Shown here: piece by piece, positions 8,072 to 17,987 of the stretch
How the letters are laid out: the number at the start of each line of letters is the position of its first letter
Numbering within the stretch: position 1 is the stretch's first letter
DNA from: Ruminococcus sp.
GTDB taxonomy: Bacteria; Bacillota; Clostridia; Oscillospirales; Ruminococcaceae
DNA: 64,000 nucleotides
Reading direction: 5' to 3'
Assembly (NCBI GenBank): GCA_045128995.1
Contig: JBGVIW010000050.1
Coordinates: 1,211 to 65,210, forward strand
Made by a program: the position numbers and the translations under genes
The notes under the pieces: model-generated
Told to the model about the DNA's origin: nothing
The model's database searches: none
The model's input: the letters and a program-made list of their open reading frames with translations, nothing else

Positions 8072-10699
8072 CTACCTATTTGCAATAGCAGCCTGTGCAG
8101 CAGCAAGTCTAGCGATCGGAACACGGAAAGGTGAGCAAGATACATAGTCAAGACCGATCTTGTGGCAGAACTCAACTGAAGTCGGGTCACCGCCGTGCTC
8201 GCCGCAGATACCAATGTGGAGGTTGGGATTTACGGGCTTACCAAGTGTGATAGCCATATCCATGAGCTTACCAACACCTGTCTGGTCAAGCTTAGCGAAC
8301 GGATCGTTCTCGAAGATCTTAGCGTCGTAGTAAGCATCGAGGAACTTACCAGCGTCGTCTCTTGAGAAGCCGTATGTCATCTGTGTAAGATCGTTTGTAC
8401 CGAAGCAGAAGAAGTCAGCATTTGCAGCAACCTCGTCAGCTGTGAGACAAGCTCTCGGGATCTCGATCATTGTACCAACTTCGTACTCAAGCTCTACGCC
8501 TGCAGCAGCGATTACAGCGTCAGCTGTCTCTACTACTACCTTCTTAACGTACTTAAGCTCCTTAACCTCGCCTACGAGCGGGATCATGATCTCAGGCTTA
8601 ACAGTCCAGTCAGGATGAGCCTTCTTTGTGTTGATTGCAGCCTTGATAACAGCCTTTGTCTGCATTGCAGCGATCTCAGGATATGTTACTGCAAGACGGC
8701 ATCCTCTGTGACCCATCATCGGGTTGAACTCGTGGAGACCTGTGATAATAGCCTTGATATCCTCAACGCTCTTGCCCTGTGTCTCAGCGAGAAGTGCGAT
8801 GTCAGCCTCAGTTGTAGGAACGAATTCGTGAAGCGGAGGATCGAGGAATCTGATGCAAACCGGTGCGCCCTCGAGTGCCTCATAAAGTGCCTCGAAGTCA
8901 GCCTGCTGCATAGGCTCGATCTTAGCGAGAGCTGCCTCTCTCTCCTCTACTGTATCGGAGCAGATCATCTCTCTGAATGCTGCGATTCTGTCAGCCTCGA
9001 AGAACATGTGCTCTGTACGGCAGAGACCGATACCCTCAGCGCCAAGCTCTCTAGCCTTCTTAGCGTCAGCAGGTGTATCTGCGTTTGTTCTTACCTTGAG
9101 TGTTCTGAACTTGTCAGCCCAGCCCATGATTCTGCCGAACTCGCCAGCGATCTGTGCGTCTACTGTAGGAATGATTCCGTCGTAGATGTTACCTGTAGAA
9201 CCGTCGATTGAGATGTAGTCACCCTCAACGAATGTCTTTCCGCCGAGCTCAAACTTCTTGTTAGCCTCGTCCATCTTGATATCGCCGCAGCCTGATACGC
9301 AGCATGTACCCATTCCACGAGCTACTACAGCAGCGTGTGATGTCATACCGCCACGAACTGTAAGGATACCCTGTGAAGCCTTCATACCTGTGATATCCTC
9401 AGGTGATGTCTCGAGACGTACGAGAACTACCTTCTCGCCTCTGTTGTTCCAAGCCTCTGCATCGTCAGCTGTGAATACAACCTTACCACAAGCAGCACCA
9501 GGTGAAGCACCGAGTCCCTTGCCCATAGGTGTTGCAGCCTTAAGTGCAGCAGCATCGAACTGCGGGTGGAGAAGTGTATCGAGGTTTCTGGGGTCGATCA
9601 TTGCTACAGCTTCCTGCTCTGTTCTCATTCCCTCGTCTACGAGGTCGCAAGCGATCTTAAGAGCAGCCTGTGCAGTTCTCTTACCGTTTCTTGTCTGGAG
9701 CATGTAGAGCTTTTCGTTCTCAACTGTGAACTCCATGTCCTGCATGTCTCTGTAGTGGTTCTCGAGCTTAGCGCATACGTCCTGGAACTGTGCGAAAGCT
9801 GCAGGGAACTTCTCTGCCATCTGAGCGATAGGCATAGGTGTTCTTACACCAGCTACTACGTCCTCGCCCTGTGCGTTTGTAAGGAACTCGCCCATGAGCT
9901 TCTTCTCGCCTGTAGCAGGGTCTCTTGTAAATGCAACACCTGTACCGCAGTCGTCACCCATGTTACCGAATGCCATCATCTGTACGTTAACAGCTGTTCC
10001 CCATGAATAAGGAATATCGTTGTCACGTCTGTATACGTTTGCTCTGGGGTTGTCCCATGAACGGAATACAGCCTGAACTGCTCCCATGAGCTGCTCCTTA
10101 GGATCAGTCGGGAAGTCCTTGCCGATCTTGTTCTTATACTCTGCCTTGAACTGTGAAGCGAGCTCCTTGAGGTCGTCAGCATCGAGGTCAACGTCCTGTG
10201 TTACGCCCTTCTTCTCCTTCATTGCGTCGATAAGCTCTTCAAAGTACTTCTTACCAACTTCCATAACAACATCAGAATACATCTGAATAAATCTTCTGTA
10301 GCAGTCCCAAGCCCATCTTGCGTTGCCGGACTTCTTTGCCATTACTTCAACTACTGTCTCGTTAAGACCGAGGTTGAGGATAGTATCCATCATACCGGGC
10401 ATGGAAGCACGAGCGCCTGAACGTACAGATACGAGAAGCGGATTCTCAGCATCGCCGAACTTCTTGCCTGTGATTTCTTCCATCTTTACGATGTACTCGT
10501 TAATCTGAGCCTGAATCTCATCGTTGATCTTTCTGCCGTCCTCATAGTACTGAGTACAAGCCTCTGTTGTGATTGTGAAACCCTGAGGAACAGGGAGACC
10601 GAGTTTTGTCATTTCAGCGAGGTTAGCGCCCTTACCGCCGAGAAGCTCTCTCATTGAAGCGTCGCCCTCTGAAAACAAATAAACCCATTTTGTGCTCAT
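8072..10699 (-). CDS. ppdK: Pyruvate, phosphate dikinase
   Basis: LLGGKGANLAEM, PLLVSVRSGARASMPGMMDT, GGMTSHAAVVAR, GICGEHGGDP; 875 aa. Confidence 0.98.
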   Translation of the reverse strand: MSTKWVYLFSEGDASMRELLGGKGANLAEMTKLGLPVPQGFTITTEACTQYYEDGRKINDEIQAQINEYIVKMEEITGKKFGDAENPLLVSVRSGARASMPGMMDTILNLGLNETVVEVMAKKSGNARWAWDCYRRFIQMYSDVVMEVGKKYFEELIDAMKEKKGVTQDVDLDADDLKELASQFKAEYKNKIGKDFPTDPKEQLMGAVQAVFRSWDNPRANVYRRDNDIPYSWGTAVNVQMMAFGNMGDDCGTGVAFTRDPATGEKKLMGEFLTNAQGEDVVAGVRTPMPIAQMAEKFPAAFAQFQDVCAKLENHYRDMQDMEFTVENEKLYMLQTRNGKRTAQAALKIACDLVDEGMRTEQEAVAMIDPRNLDTLLHPQFDAAALKAATPMGKGLGASPGAACGKVVFTADDAEAWNNRGEKVVLVRLETSPEDITGMKASQGILTVRGGMTSHAAVVARGMGTCCVSGCGDIKMDEANKKFELGGKTFVEGDYISIDGSTGNIYDGIIPTVDAQIAGEFGRIMGWADKFRTLKVRTNADTPADAKKARELGAEGIGLCRTEHMFFEADRIAAFREMICSDTVEEREAALAKIEPMQQADFEALYEALEGAPVCIRFLDPPLHEFVPTTEADIALLAETQGKSVEDIKAIITGLHEFNPMMGHRGCRLAVTYPEIAAMQTKAVIKAAINTKKAHPDWTVKPEIMIPLVGEVKELKYVKKVVVETADAVIAAAGVELEYEVGTMIEIPRACLTADEVAANADFFCFGTNDLTQMTYGFSRDDAGKFLDAYYDAKIFENDPFAKLDQTGVGKLMDMAITLGKPVNPNLHIGICGEHGGDPTSVEFCHKIGLDYVSCSPFRVPIARLAAAQAAIANR

Positions 10700-10980
10700 T
10701 GGTGTATACCTCCAGTTAATTACTCTCCGGAAATTCCGCAGATCTTACCCACAGATTTCCGGACTTACATACATTATAACATATTTTCATTCAAATTACC
10801 ATATAAATTCTGAAAAAAATTCCGTCACCATTTTGTAGCACTTTACACAAAAATATGCCCCGGATTAAAAAATCCGGCGAAAACTATTGCATTTATTGTT
10901 AAAGTTTGTAATAATGTAAAGTAGAGCCTGCTGGCTTTTATCGATATATTTTTTGATTTATTTTTACGGAGGCAATAATT

Positions 10981-12357
10981 ATGAATAAAGTTATTATCCT
11001 CGCCGGAGGACAGGGCAAGAGAATGAAGGCTGATATGCCTAAGCCCCTCTTTAAGGTTCTCGGCGAGCCTATGCTCGAATGGGTTATCTCTGCCTGTGAG
11101 CAGTCCGGTCTCTCGGATATCTGCATCGTCAAGGGATTTATGGGTGAGATGATCGACGAGTACCTCGGCGGAAGATATCAGACTGTGCTTCAGGCTGAAC
11201 GTCTCGGTACTGGCCACGCTGTTATGCAGGCTGTTCCCTTCCTCGAAAAGGATACTGAAGGCCATACGCTTGTTCTTTGCGGCGATGCGCCTTTTATCGA
11301 CCCTGCCGCTATTTCTGAGGCTCTCGTGATCCACAAGCAGCAGAATAACGCTGTAACTGTCATCACTGCTGAGCTGGACGACCCTTCCGGTTATGGCAGA
11401 ATTATCCGCACTCCTTCCGGTATCAGCGGCATCGTTGAACAGAAGGATGCTTCCGCTGAGCAGAGAAAAATCCGTGAGGTGAATTCCGGTGCTTACTGGT
11501 TCAGAACTGCTGACCTTATCCAGCTCCTCGGCAAGCTTGAGTGCAATAACGCTCAGAAGGAGTATTATCTCACCGATACTATCGCTATCGCTATCACTGA
11601 GGGTAAGAATGCCGGAGCTTATAAGTCGGAGAATCCCGATATCATCAAGGGCGCTAACGATCGTAAGGATCTCCTCGAGCTGAACACCTATGCACGCATG
11701 GCTGTTATAAATAAACACCTCGAAAACGGCGTTGAGTTCACTTGCCTTGACGGCATTACTATCGAGAGAAGTGTTGAGATCGGTGTGGGAACTGAGATCC
11801 TCGCTGGTACTATCCTCAGAAAAAACACCGTTATCGGTAAGGGCTGCGTTATCGGGCCAAATTCAATCATCGAGGGCTGTACTCTCGGCGATGAGGTCAA
11901 GCTCAATACTGTTCAGGCTTATGATTCAAAGATCGACGCCGGTGTTAAAATAGGCCCGTGGGTTCACATCCGTCCGGGCAGCCATATCAAGAGCGGCGTT
12001 AAGATCGGTGACTTCGTTGAGATCAAGAACTCCACTATCGGTGAGCAGACTGCTGTTGCTCATCTTACCTATGTCGGAGACAGCGATGTCGGCAGAAAGG
12101 TAAACTTCGGCTGCGGTACTGTTACTGTAAACTACGACGGAATAACTAAGAGCCGCTGCGTTATCGGTGATAACTGCTTCATCGGCTGCAATACTAACCT
12201 TGTCGCTCCGGTCAAGCTCGGCAAGGCAGTTTATACTGCTGCCGGAACTACTGTTACCCGTGACGTTCCGGATTATGCTCTCGCTATCGACAGAGGCGTG
12301 CTTAAAGTAAACGAGGGATACTCTCTCAGAAAGCTTAAGTCCAAGCTCGATAAGTAA
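10981..12357 (+). CDS. glmU: Bifunctional UDP-GlcNAc pyrophosphorylase / glucosamine-1-phosphate acetyltransferase
   Basis: LAGGQGKRMK..PKPL, ERLGTGHAV, EYYLTD, hexapeptide repeats, HLTYVGD. Confidence 0.97.
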   Translation: MNKVIILAGGQGKRMKADMPKPLFKVLGEPMLEWVISACEQSGLSDICIVKGFMGEMIDEYLGGRYQTVLQAERLGTGHAVMQAVPFLEKDTEGHTLVLCGDAPFIDPAAISEALVIHKQQNNAVTVITAELDDPSGYGRIIRTPSGISGIVEQKDASAEQRKIREVNSGAYWFRTADLIQLLGKLECNNAQKEYYLTDTIAIAITEGKNAGAYKSENPDIIKGANDRKDLLELNTYARMAVINKHLENGVEFTCLDGITIERSVEIGVGTEILAGTILRKNTVIGKGCVIGPNSIIEGCTLGDEVKLNTVQAYDSKIDAGVKIGPWVHIRPGSHIKSGVKIGDFVEIKNSTIGEQTAVAHLTYVGDSDVGRKVNFGCGTVTVNYDGITKSRCVIGDNCFIGCNTNLVAPVKLGKAVYTAAGTTVTRDVPDYALAIDRGVLKVNEGYSLRKLKSKLDK

Positions 12358-12389
12358 TACTATATAAATATCAGAATATAAATCAACTT

Positions 12390-12430
12390 CCCTTCCGTCA
12401 GGAGCACAGGCTCCAGCGGAAGGGTTTTTT
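12390..12430 (+). terminator. Intrinsic terminator after glmU
   Basis: CCCTTCCG/CGGAAGGG stem followed by TTTTTT. Confidence 0.75.
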
Positions 12431-12590
12431 GTCGTATTTGTACAAACCAGTATTGTTGAATCTGTGCAGATATACAAACCTTAAAATTATTTTTTCCTTA
12501 TTCAACGGTTTTCCATTGAATCGACCCCTTTTCCAGCCCTATTATGAACGGTGCTTTTCGCAAAGACAGAAAGGAGAGGATTTTTTATTT

Positions 12591-13085
12591 ATGCCCAATT
12601 CAAGTTCAGAGCTTAAACAGAAAAGGAAATCGTTCTGCTGTAATTATGTGCTGCTCGGTAATGTTGCTGAGGCAGCGGTGAGGGCTGGCTTCGACAGGGA
12701 AAACGCTCTGCTCGACGGAGTTGCCTGTCTCGAGTCGGCTGAGTGCAAGAGGCTCATCTCAAGACTCAGGGATGTTCTTTCAGACAGCGGCAATGTTGCT
12801 GCGGGACTGAAACGGCTTGCGTTCGGAAGCTGTAATGATGCTGTATACCTCGTCTTCGCCGACGAGCTCCCGCCTTCGGATGTTATCTCCGGACTCGATC
12901 TGTTCAATGTTTCGGAAATCAAACGTGTGAAGGGCGGCGGAGTTGAGGTAAAGCTCTTTGACAGACAGAAGGCGCTCGAAAAGCTGTTCGAGTTCGAGAA
13001 TACCTGTTCTGACAGGGGAAATGCTGCAAGTCTTATCGAAGCCCTGACTAAGCCTCCTGAGGAGGTCGGATGCCTTGAAAATTAG
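12591..13085 (+). CDS. Terminase small subunit-like protein (164 aa)
   Basis: Start moved to ATG 12591 after AGAAAGGAGA. KRKSFCCNYVLLGNVAEAAVRAGF HTH pattern, LKRLAF, EVKLFDRQKALEKL. Confidence 0.75.
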   Translation: MPNSSSELKQKRKSFCCNYVLLGNVAEAAVRAGFDRENALLDGVACLESAECKRLISRLRDVLSDSGNVAAGLKRLAFGSCNDAVYLVFADELPPSDVISGLDLFNVSEIKRVKGGGVEVKLFDRQKALEKLFEFENTCSDRGNAASLIEALTKPPEEVGCLEN

Positions 13086-14325
13086 TTCCTTCTCTCCAAA
13101 GCAGAAGCTCACTCTCAACTGGTGGAGCCGACCGGATTATTCCGGCTATGACGCTATTATCTGCGACGGCGCTGTCAGAAGCGGCAAGACGCTTTCTATG
13201 TCGCTTGGATTTGTCTTCTGGGCATCTAGCTCTTTCAGCGGCGGTACGTTCGCTATGTGCGGAAAGACTGTCACTTCCCTCAGAAGAAATGTCGTTACTC
13301 CGCTTCTTGCTACGCTGAGAGAGATCGGCTTCGTGTGCAGCGAAAAGCTGAGCAGGAACTATGTCGATATCACGCTCCTCGGCAAAACCAACAGGTTCTA
13401 CCTATTCGGCGGCAAGGACGAAGGCTCTGCTTCGCTGATTCAGGGTATCACGCTCTCGGGAGTTTTCCTCGATGAGGTCGCTCTCATGCCCCGCTCCTTC
13501 GTTGAGCAGGCTCTTGCAAGATGCTCTGTATGCGGCTCGAAAATGTGGTTCAACTGCAACCCCGATAACCCTTCTCACTGGTTCTATACCGAGTGGATCA
13601 AGAAGGCTGACGAAAAGCGTGCGCTTTATCTCCACTTCACGATGGATGATAACCCCTCGCTCTCCGAAAAGCTGAAAAACCGCTACAGAAGGCTCTATTC
13701 CGGCGCTTTCTATGACAGGTTCGTGCTCGGAAAATGGACTGCTTCTGAGGGGGTTGTCTATCCGATGTTCAGCAGGGATAAACACGTCTACTCCGGTGAT
13801 GCCGGATGCACGAGATATGTGATCTCCTGCGACTATGGCACGGTCAATCCGGCTTCGTTCGGACTCTGGGGTCTCGGCGAGGACGGCATCTGGAGACGTG
13901 TCAGAGAGTACTACTATGCTTCCAAAACTGAGGGTATCTCCCGTACTGATGAGGAGCATTATCAGGCTCTTGAGGAGCTTGCCGGTACTCTTTCCGTCGA
14001 GAAGGTCATCGTTGATCCCTCGGCGGCAAGCTTCATCGAATGCATCCGCCGCCACAAGCGCTTCAGGGTCGTCAAGGCTGACAATGATGTCATCACCGGC
14101 ATAAGACGTGTCAGCGCCGCTCTCAAGCAGAACAAGCTCCTTTTCCATGAATCCTGCCGGGATATTATCCGGGAGTTTTCGCTTTATCGCTGGAACGAAA
14201 AATCTGCCGGCGATTTTCCTATCAAGGAAAATGACCACGCTATGGACGATATGCGATACTTCGTGTCGGATATTCTCACCGAAAAGGGCGGGGATGATTT
14301 CTTCGCTCTTTCAGTTTCACGCTGA
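13075..14325 (+). CDS. PBSX-family terminase large subunit
   Basis: Walker A GAVRSGKT, Walker B VFLDE, CNPDNPSHW, nuclease motifs SCDYG and DHAMDDMRY all intact. Confidence 0.93.
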   Translation: MKISSFSPKQKLTLNWWSRPDYSGYDAIICDGAVRSGKTLSMSLGFVFWASSSFSGGTFAMCGKTVTSLRRNVVTPLLATLREIGFVCSEKLSRNYVDITLLGKTNRFYLFGGKDEGSASLIQGITLSGVFLDEVALMPRSFVEQALARCSVCGSKMWFNCNPDNPSHWFYTEWIKKADEKRALYLHFTMDDNPSLSEKLKNRYRRLYSGAFYDRFVLGKWTASEGVVYPMFSRDKHVYSGDAGCTRYVISCDYGTVNPASFGLWGLGEDGIWRRVREYYYASKTEGISRTDEEHYQALEELAGTLSVEKVIVDPSAASFIECIRRHKRFRVVKADNDVITGIRRVSAALKQNKLLFHESCRDIIREFSLYRWNEKSAGDFPIKENDHAMDDMRYFVSDILTEKGGDDFFALSVSR

Positions 14326-14373
14326 TATTCATTCACCTGCACCGTTCATCTATTACATCTGTAAGGAGGAAAA

Positions 14374-15522
14374 ATGAAGCTATTCAGAAACAAGAAGCGC
14401 ATCAGCGCTCCTGCAAATGCTCCGGAGCTTTATGCTGCACAGCGATGCTCCGACGGAAGCTTTTCGCTTCCGCAGGCTATGGAGCCGTTTGAAAAGGAGC
14501 TTTATGACAGGCTCCGCTTTGCCGTTCCGGTCATCGATGCCGCTCTTATGAAAATCGTCAGGCTCACCGGCGGATTCAATGTGATCTGCTCGGACGAGAG
14601 CCTTCAGGAGGAGCTTGACTTCTTCCTCAAAAACGTTCCGGTAGGTCTTACCGGAGTATCCATAAGCACCTTTATCGACAACTACCTCGACAGCCTTCTT
14701 ACATATGGTTCTGCTGTCGGCGAGATTGTTGTTGACTCCGAAAGAGGCTGTGTTGCCGGACTCTATAACGGCGATGTTTCACTCGTCAGGGTAACTCCCG
14801 GATCGAGTATGCTCGACAGAAAATATCTCCTCCGCTGTGAGGACGGTAAAACTGAGAGTATTGCTCATCCTGAGAGAATTTTCTATTCCGAGCTTACCGG
14901 CGGTCACTCCCTGCTCAGAGGACTCCCTTCTATCAGCGGCATTCTCCTGCGCATCTATCAGTGTATCGGTCAGAACTTTGACCGTGCCGGAAATGTCCGC
15001 TATGCCGTTACTTATAAGCCCTCTCAGGACAGCGGTGAGCTTGCTTATTCCCGTGAGCGTGCTATGCAGATCGCTTCAGAATGGGCTGACGGAATGAACT
15101 CCGCCAAGTACGGTCAGGTCAAGGATTTTATCGCTGTCGGTGATGTGGATATCAAGGTCATCGGCGCTGATAATCAGCTCTTTGATACTAATGTCCCTGT
15201 CCGTCAGCTCCTCGAGCAGCTTGTAGCTAAGCTTTCTATCCCACCGTTCCTGCTCGGACTGAACTGGTCCTCGACTGAGAGAATGTCCTCTCAGCAGTCC
15301 GATATTCTCACCTCTGAGCTGGAATATTACCGCCGCATCCTCACTCCTGTGATCAGCGGCATTGCCAATTCTTATCTCTGCTCGATCGGTTCGGACGCCG
15401 TCTGCCGTGTCGAATGGGATAACATCAATCTTCAGGACGAATCTGCTCTTGCGGAGGCTCGTCTTAAAAACGCTCAGGCGAGGGAAATTGAGCTTCGCCT
15501 TGAATCACTTAATAATAATTAA
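14374..15522 (+). CDS. Phage portal protein
   Basis: Follows TerL; 382 aa; LLTYGSAVGEIV, LSIPPFLLG, VEWDNINL patterns typical of portals. Confidence 0.8.
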   Translation: MKLFRNKKRISAPANAPELYAAQRCSDGSFSLPQAMEPFEKELYDRLRFAVPVIDAALMKIVRLTGGFNVICSDESLQEELDFFLKNVPVGLTGVSISTFIDNYLDSLLTYGSAVGEIVVDSERGCVAGLYNGDVSLVRVTPGSSMLDRKYLLRCEDGKTESIAHPERIFYSELTGGHSLLRGLPSISGILLRIYQCIGQNFDRAGNVRYAVTYKPSQDSGELAYSRERAMQIASEWADGMNSAKYGQVKDFIAVGDVDIKVIGADNQLFDTNVPVRQLLEQLVAKLSIPPFLLGLNWSSTERMSSQQSDILTSELEYYRRILTPVISGIANSYLCSIGSDAVCRVEWDNINLQDESALAEARLKNAQAREIELRLESLNNN

Positions 15523-15543
15523 TTTTTCTGGAGGTATTTATTT

Positions 15544-16503
15544 ATGTATAACGATATCAAGCTTGAAAAGGGTCTCTATAATCTCAGCGGAAAGAACTTC
15601 ACTTCAGCTCTCGAGGAGCTTGACCCGTCTGCTAATTACTGCGGAACTTCACTCGAAAATCTTGACGCTTATGAGCGTCAGCTCAAGCGATTCAATATCA
15701 AGGTTGCCGGTTCTGAATGCGACCGTGTGGAGAAGTTCTTCACATCTACTGAATCAGCAGTCCTCTTCCCGGAGTTCGTTGCAAGATGCATCAAGAAGGG
15801 CTTTGATGAGACTATCCTCACTTCTGTCTGCGCTGCAAAAACTATCTGCGGCTGCGGACAGTATCTCGGATGTGTACTTGACGATACTGCTGAGTATACA
15901 ACCTCTGCCGAGGCGGCAGCTCTCCCGTCGGCGACTGTCAGAGAGAGCGACACAGCTACTGTTCTTGCTAAGTACGGCAGACTTATCAGCGCTTCCTATG
16001 AGGCTATCCGCCAGCAGAGACTTGATGTGTTCAGCGTTATGCTCAGAAGCATCGGCGTGAAGCTTGCTGCATCCGTTACTAAAAAGGCTGTTGAGGTTCT
16101 TGCTGATAATGCCGAGGGAGTTACTTCTGCGGCACTTACTTATGCTGATCTTGCTAATCTCTACGGCGAGTTTGACTGCTTCAACATGAATGCACTCATC
16201 GTATCCCCTGAGATCGCATCCAAGATCGTTGCTATGGAGGAGCTTTCGGATATTTCTGCCGATGAGACTGGAAAGATCGTGCTTCCGTTCGGTGCAGAGC
16301 TTATCAAGACCTCTGCGGCTGATGACGGCAAGATCATCGGTATCGACAAGGACTTTGCGCTTGAATTCATTACAAGCTCTGATCTTGTGATGGAGACTGA
16401 CAAGCTCATCGACAGACAGCTCGACCAGATCACTGTTTCCATCAACTGCGGCTTCAGAAAGATCACTCCCGACGCTGTTAAGGTGCTCACCATTACAGCT
16501 TAA
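15544..16503 (+). CDS. Major capsid protein (HK97 fold likely)
   Basis: 319 aa, strong RBS GGAGGT; SAVLFPEFV, KYGRLISASYEAIR, ALIVSPE and C-terminal DAVKVLTI patterns. Confidence 0.75.
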   Translation: MYNDIKLEKGLYNLSGKNFTSALEELDPSANYCGTSLENLDAYERQLKRFNIKVAGSECDRVEKFFTSTESAVLFPEFVARCIKKGFDETILTSVCAAKTICGCGQYLGCVLDDTAEYTTSAEAAALPSATVRESDTATVLAKYGRLISASYEAIRQQRLDVFSVMLRSIGVKLAASVTKKAVEVLADNAEGVTSAALTYADLANLYGEFDCFNMNALIVSPEIASKIVAMEELSDISADETGKIVLPFGAELIKTSAADDGKIIGIDKDFALEFITSSDLVMETDKLIDRQLDQITVSINCGFRKITPDAVKVLTITA

Positions 16504-16523
16504 AGAATAATCCAAGGCGCAAA

Positions 16524-16713
16524 CAGGGCAAAAGTTTTCGGTCCAGCCTTTTTCAAAAGGCTGGCAGGGTTCTCAGGGACAGCATCCCTGAGTCGCTCTC
16601 CGCAGAGAGCGAAACTCTCCTGCCCTGAAAGGCGCTCTGCAAGGGGTGAATTTCAAAACAGTCCGGTGGACTGTTTTGAAAGAGGGGACGCTCTGCAAGA
16701 GAGAGCGTCCCCA
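16524..16713. repeat. Multi-hairpin REP-like element between the capsid and protease-like genes
   Basis: Tandem palindromes: CCAGCCTTTT/AAAAGGCTGG, CTCAGGG/CCCTGAG, TCGCTCTC/GAGAGCGA, TTTCAAAACAGTCC/GGACTGTTTTGAAA, GGGGACGCTCT/AGAGCGTCCCC. Confidence 0.8.
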
Positions 16714-16744
16714 AATCACTTCTGACATTACTACGGAGGTAACT

Positions 16745-17620
16745 ATGACTAAAGAACAGCTCGAAAAAATTAATCGCTTTACCCGCCGTGAACTCGGCGA
16801 AAATGAAATCTATTCCTTCAGCGTTATCCTCTGCGATAACGATATCGACCGTGACGGCGAATGCTTCTCAGATGACGCTCTCGCTCAGCTCCAGATGCTC
16901 TTTGTCGGCAAAACCGGTATCTTTGACCATAACGCTCGTTCCGCTAATCAGAACGCCCGCATCTTCGATACTGAGATAATCTCAGACCCTTCCCGCAAAA
17001 CTAAAACCGGAGAGATCTATAAATTCCTCAAAGCTTCTGTCTATATGGTCAGAACCGATGAAAACCGCTCTCTTATCGCTGAGATCGACGGCGGCATCAA
17101 AAAGGAAGTAAGTATCTCATGCACCGCTTCCCAGAGAATTTGCTCCGTCTGCGGATGCGACAGGGCAAAAAGCTCCTGCGCTCATATAAAGGGCAAAACC
17201 TACGCTGGTAAGCTCTGCTATACGATACTCAGCGGCATCACTGATGCATATGAATGGAGCTTTGTTGCAATTCCTGCTCAGGTGAACGCTGGCGTTACTA
17301 AAAAATTTTCCGACTGCGAAAATGTAGTCTCCGCCCCTGTTTCCGGCGACGCCGAGGCTGCCGCTCAGGAGCTTCGCAGAGATATCCGCAGATTTGCATT
17401 CTTCGCCGGCGGCAGACCTGCCTATGAAGCAGCGGCGGCTCTTGCTGAGGAAATGAACATGGATCAGCTCATCCGCACCAGAAAAAGTTTCGAGAAAAAG
17501 GCTTTTCCCGGAAAGCTCGGTGTAAACGTTCAGCTTATCCCTCAGCAGAATAAAACTGACGCTGACGGCGATCAGTTCCGCATCAGTAAGGAGGTTTGTC
17601 ATGAATATAGAATCGGTTAA
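16745..17620 (+). CDS. Prohead protease-like protein with a CxxC..C.H insert (291 aa)
   Basis: Start at ATG 16745 after GGAGGT. DNDIDRDGECF, GIFDH, KEVSISC, EWSFVAIPAQ protease-type motifs; ICSVCG..CAH. Confidence 0.6.
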   Translation: MTKEQLEKINRFTRRELGENEIYSFSVILCDNDIDRDGECFSDDALAQLQMLFVGKTGIFDHNARSANQNARIFDTEIISDPSRKTKTGEIYKFLKASVYMVRTDENRSLIAEIDGGIKKEVSISCTASQRICSVCGCDRAKSSCAHIKGKTYAGKLCYTILSGITDAYEWSFVAIPAQVNAGVTKKFSDCENVVSAPVSGDAEAAAQELRRDIRRFAFFAGGRPAYEAAAALAEEMNMDQLIRTRKSFEKKAFPGKLGVNVQLIPQQNKTDADGDQFRISKEVCHEYRIG

Positions 17621-17987
17621 AACTCTCTTCCAGCTCTTTTCCGGCGAGGCGGATATTGATAAATATCTGCCCCTTATTGAGCTTTCCGTTTCTGAGACCG
17701 AAAAAATGCTTCTCAGCGGTGCTGACAGCTCAGACTCAAGACTCGATTTCCTTACTGCGGCGGCAGCTAATCTCCGCTGTCAGCAGCTCATTGCGGCTCA
17801 GAATCACTCGGAATCAACCTACGCCGGAAAGCTCCTCTCGGCAGACTCAGGCTGTGCTGGCACTGTCAAATATGCCGAGAAGCTGCTTTCAGATTACATC
17901 AGCATTTGCAGTGATCTTATCAAGCCGAAAAGCTTCGTTTTCATGAGCTTCGGCTCTCAGGAGGAGGTGGCGGCTGAAAATGCTTAA
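17601..17987 (+). CDS. Putative head-tail connector / head completion protein
   Basis: 128-aa helical-type protein in the position typical of adaptors; overlaps its neighbours. Confidence 0.45.
   Translation: MNIESVKTLFQLFSGEADIDKYLPLIELSVSETEKMLLSGADSSDSRLDFLTAAAANLRCQQLIAAQNHSESTYAGKLLSADSGCAGTVKYAEKLLSDYISICSDLIKPKSFVFMSFGSQEEVAAENA

Noticed and set aside
13402-14238. Long overlapping or antisense ORFs (also 15362-16060, 15754-16515, 28078-28761, 49726-50544, 56354-57250)
   Set aside because: They shadow well-supported genes, lack RBS and family motifs, and are expected from the biased codon usage.
12591-16503. Cysteine richness of the capsid module (9 Cys in the capsid, 7 in TerS) as a sporulation signature
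   Set aside because: Housekeeping proteins here, such as PpdK, are also fairly Cys-rich, and no convincing sporulation sigma promoter was found.
16524-16713. Palindrome arrays as CRISPR repeats (also 20021, 42311, 52101, 59732)
   Set aside because: No regularly spaced identical repeats with unique spacers, and no cas genes.
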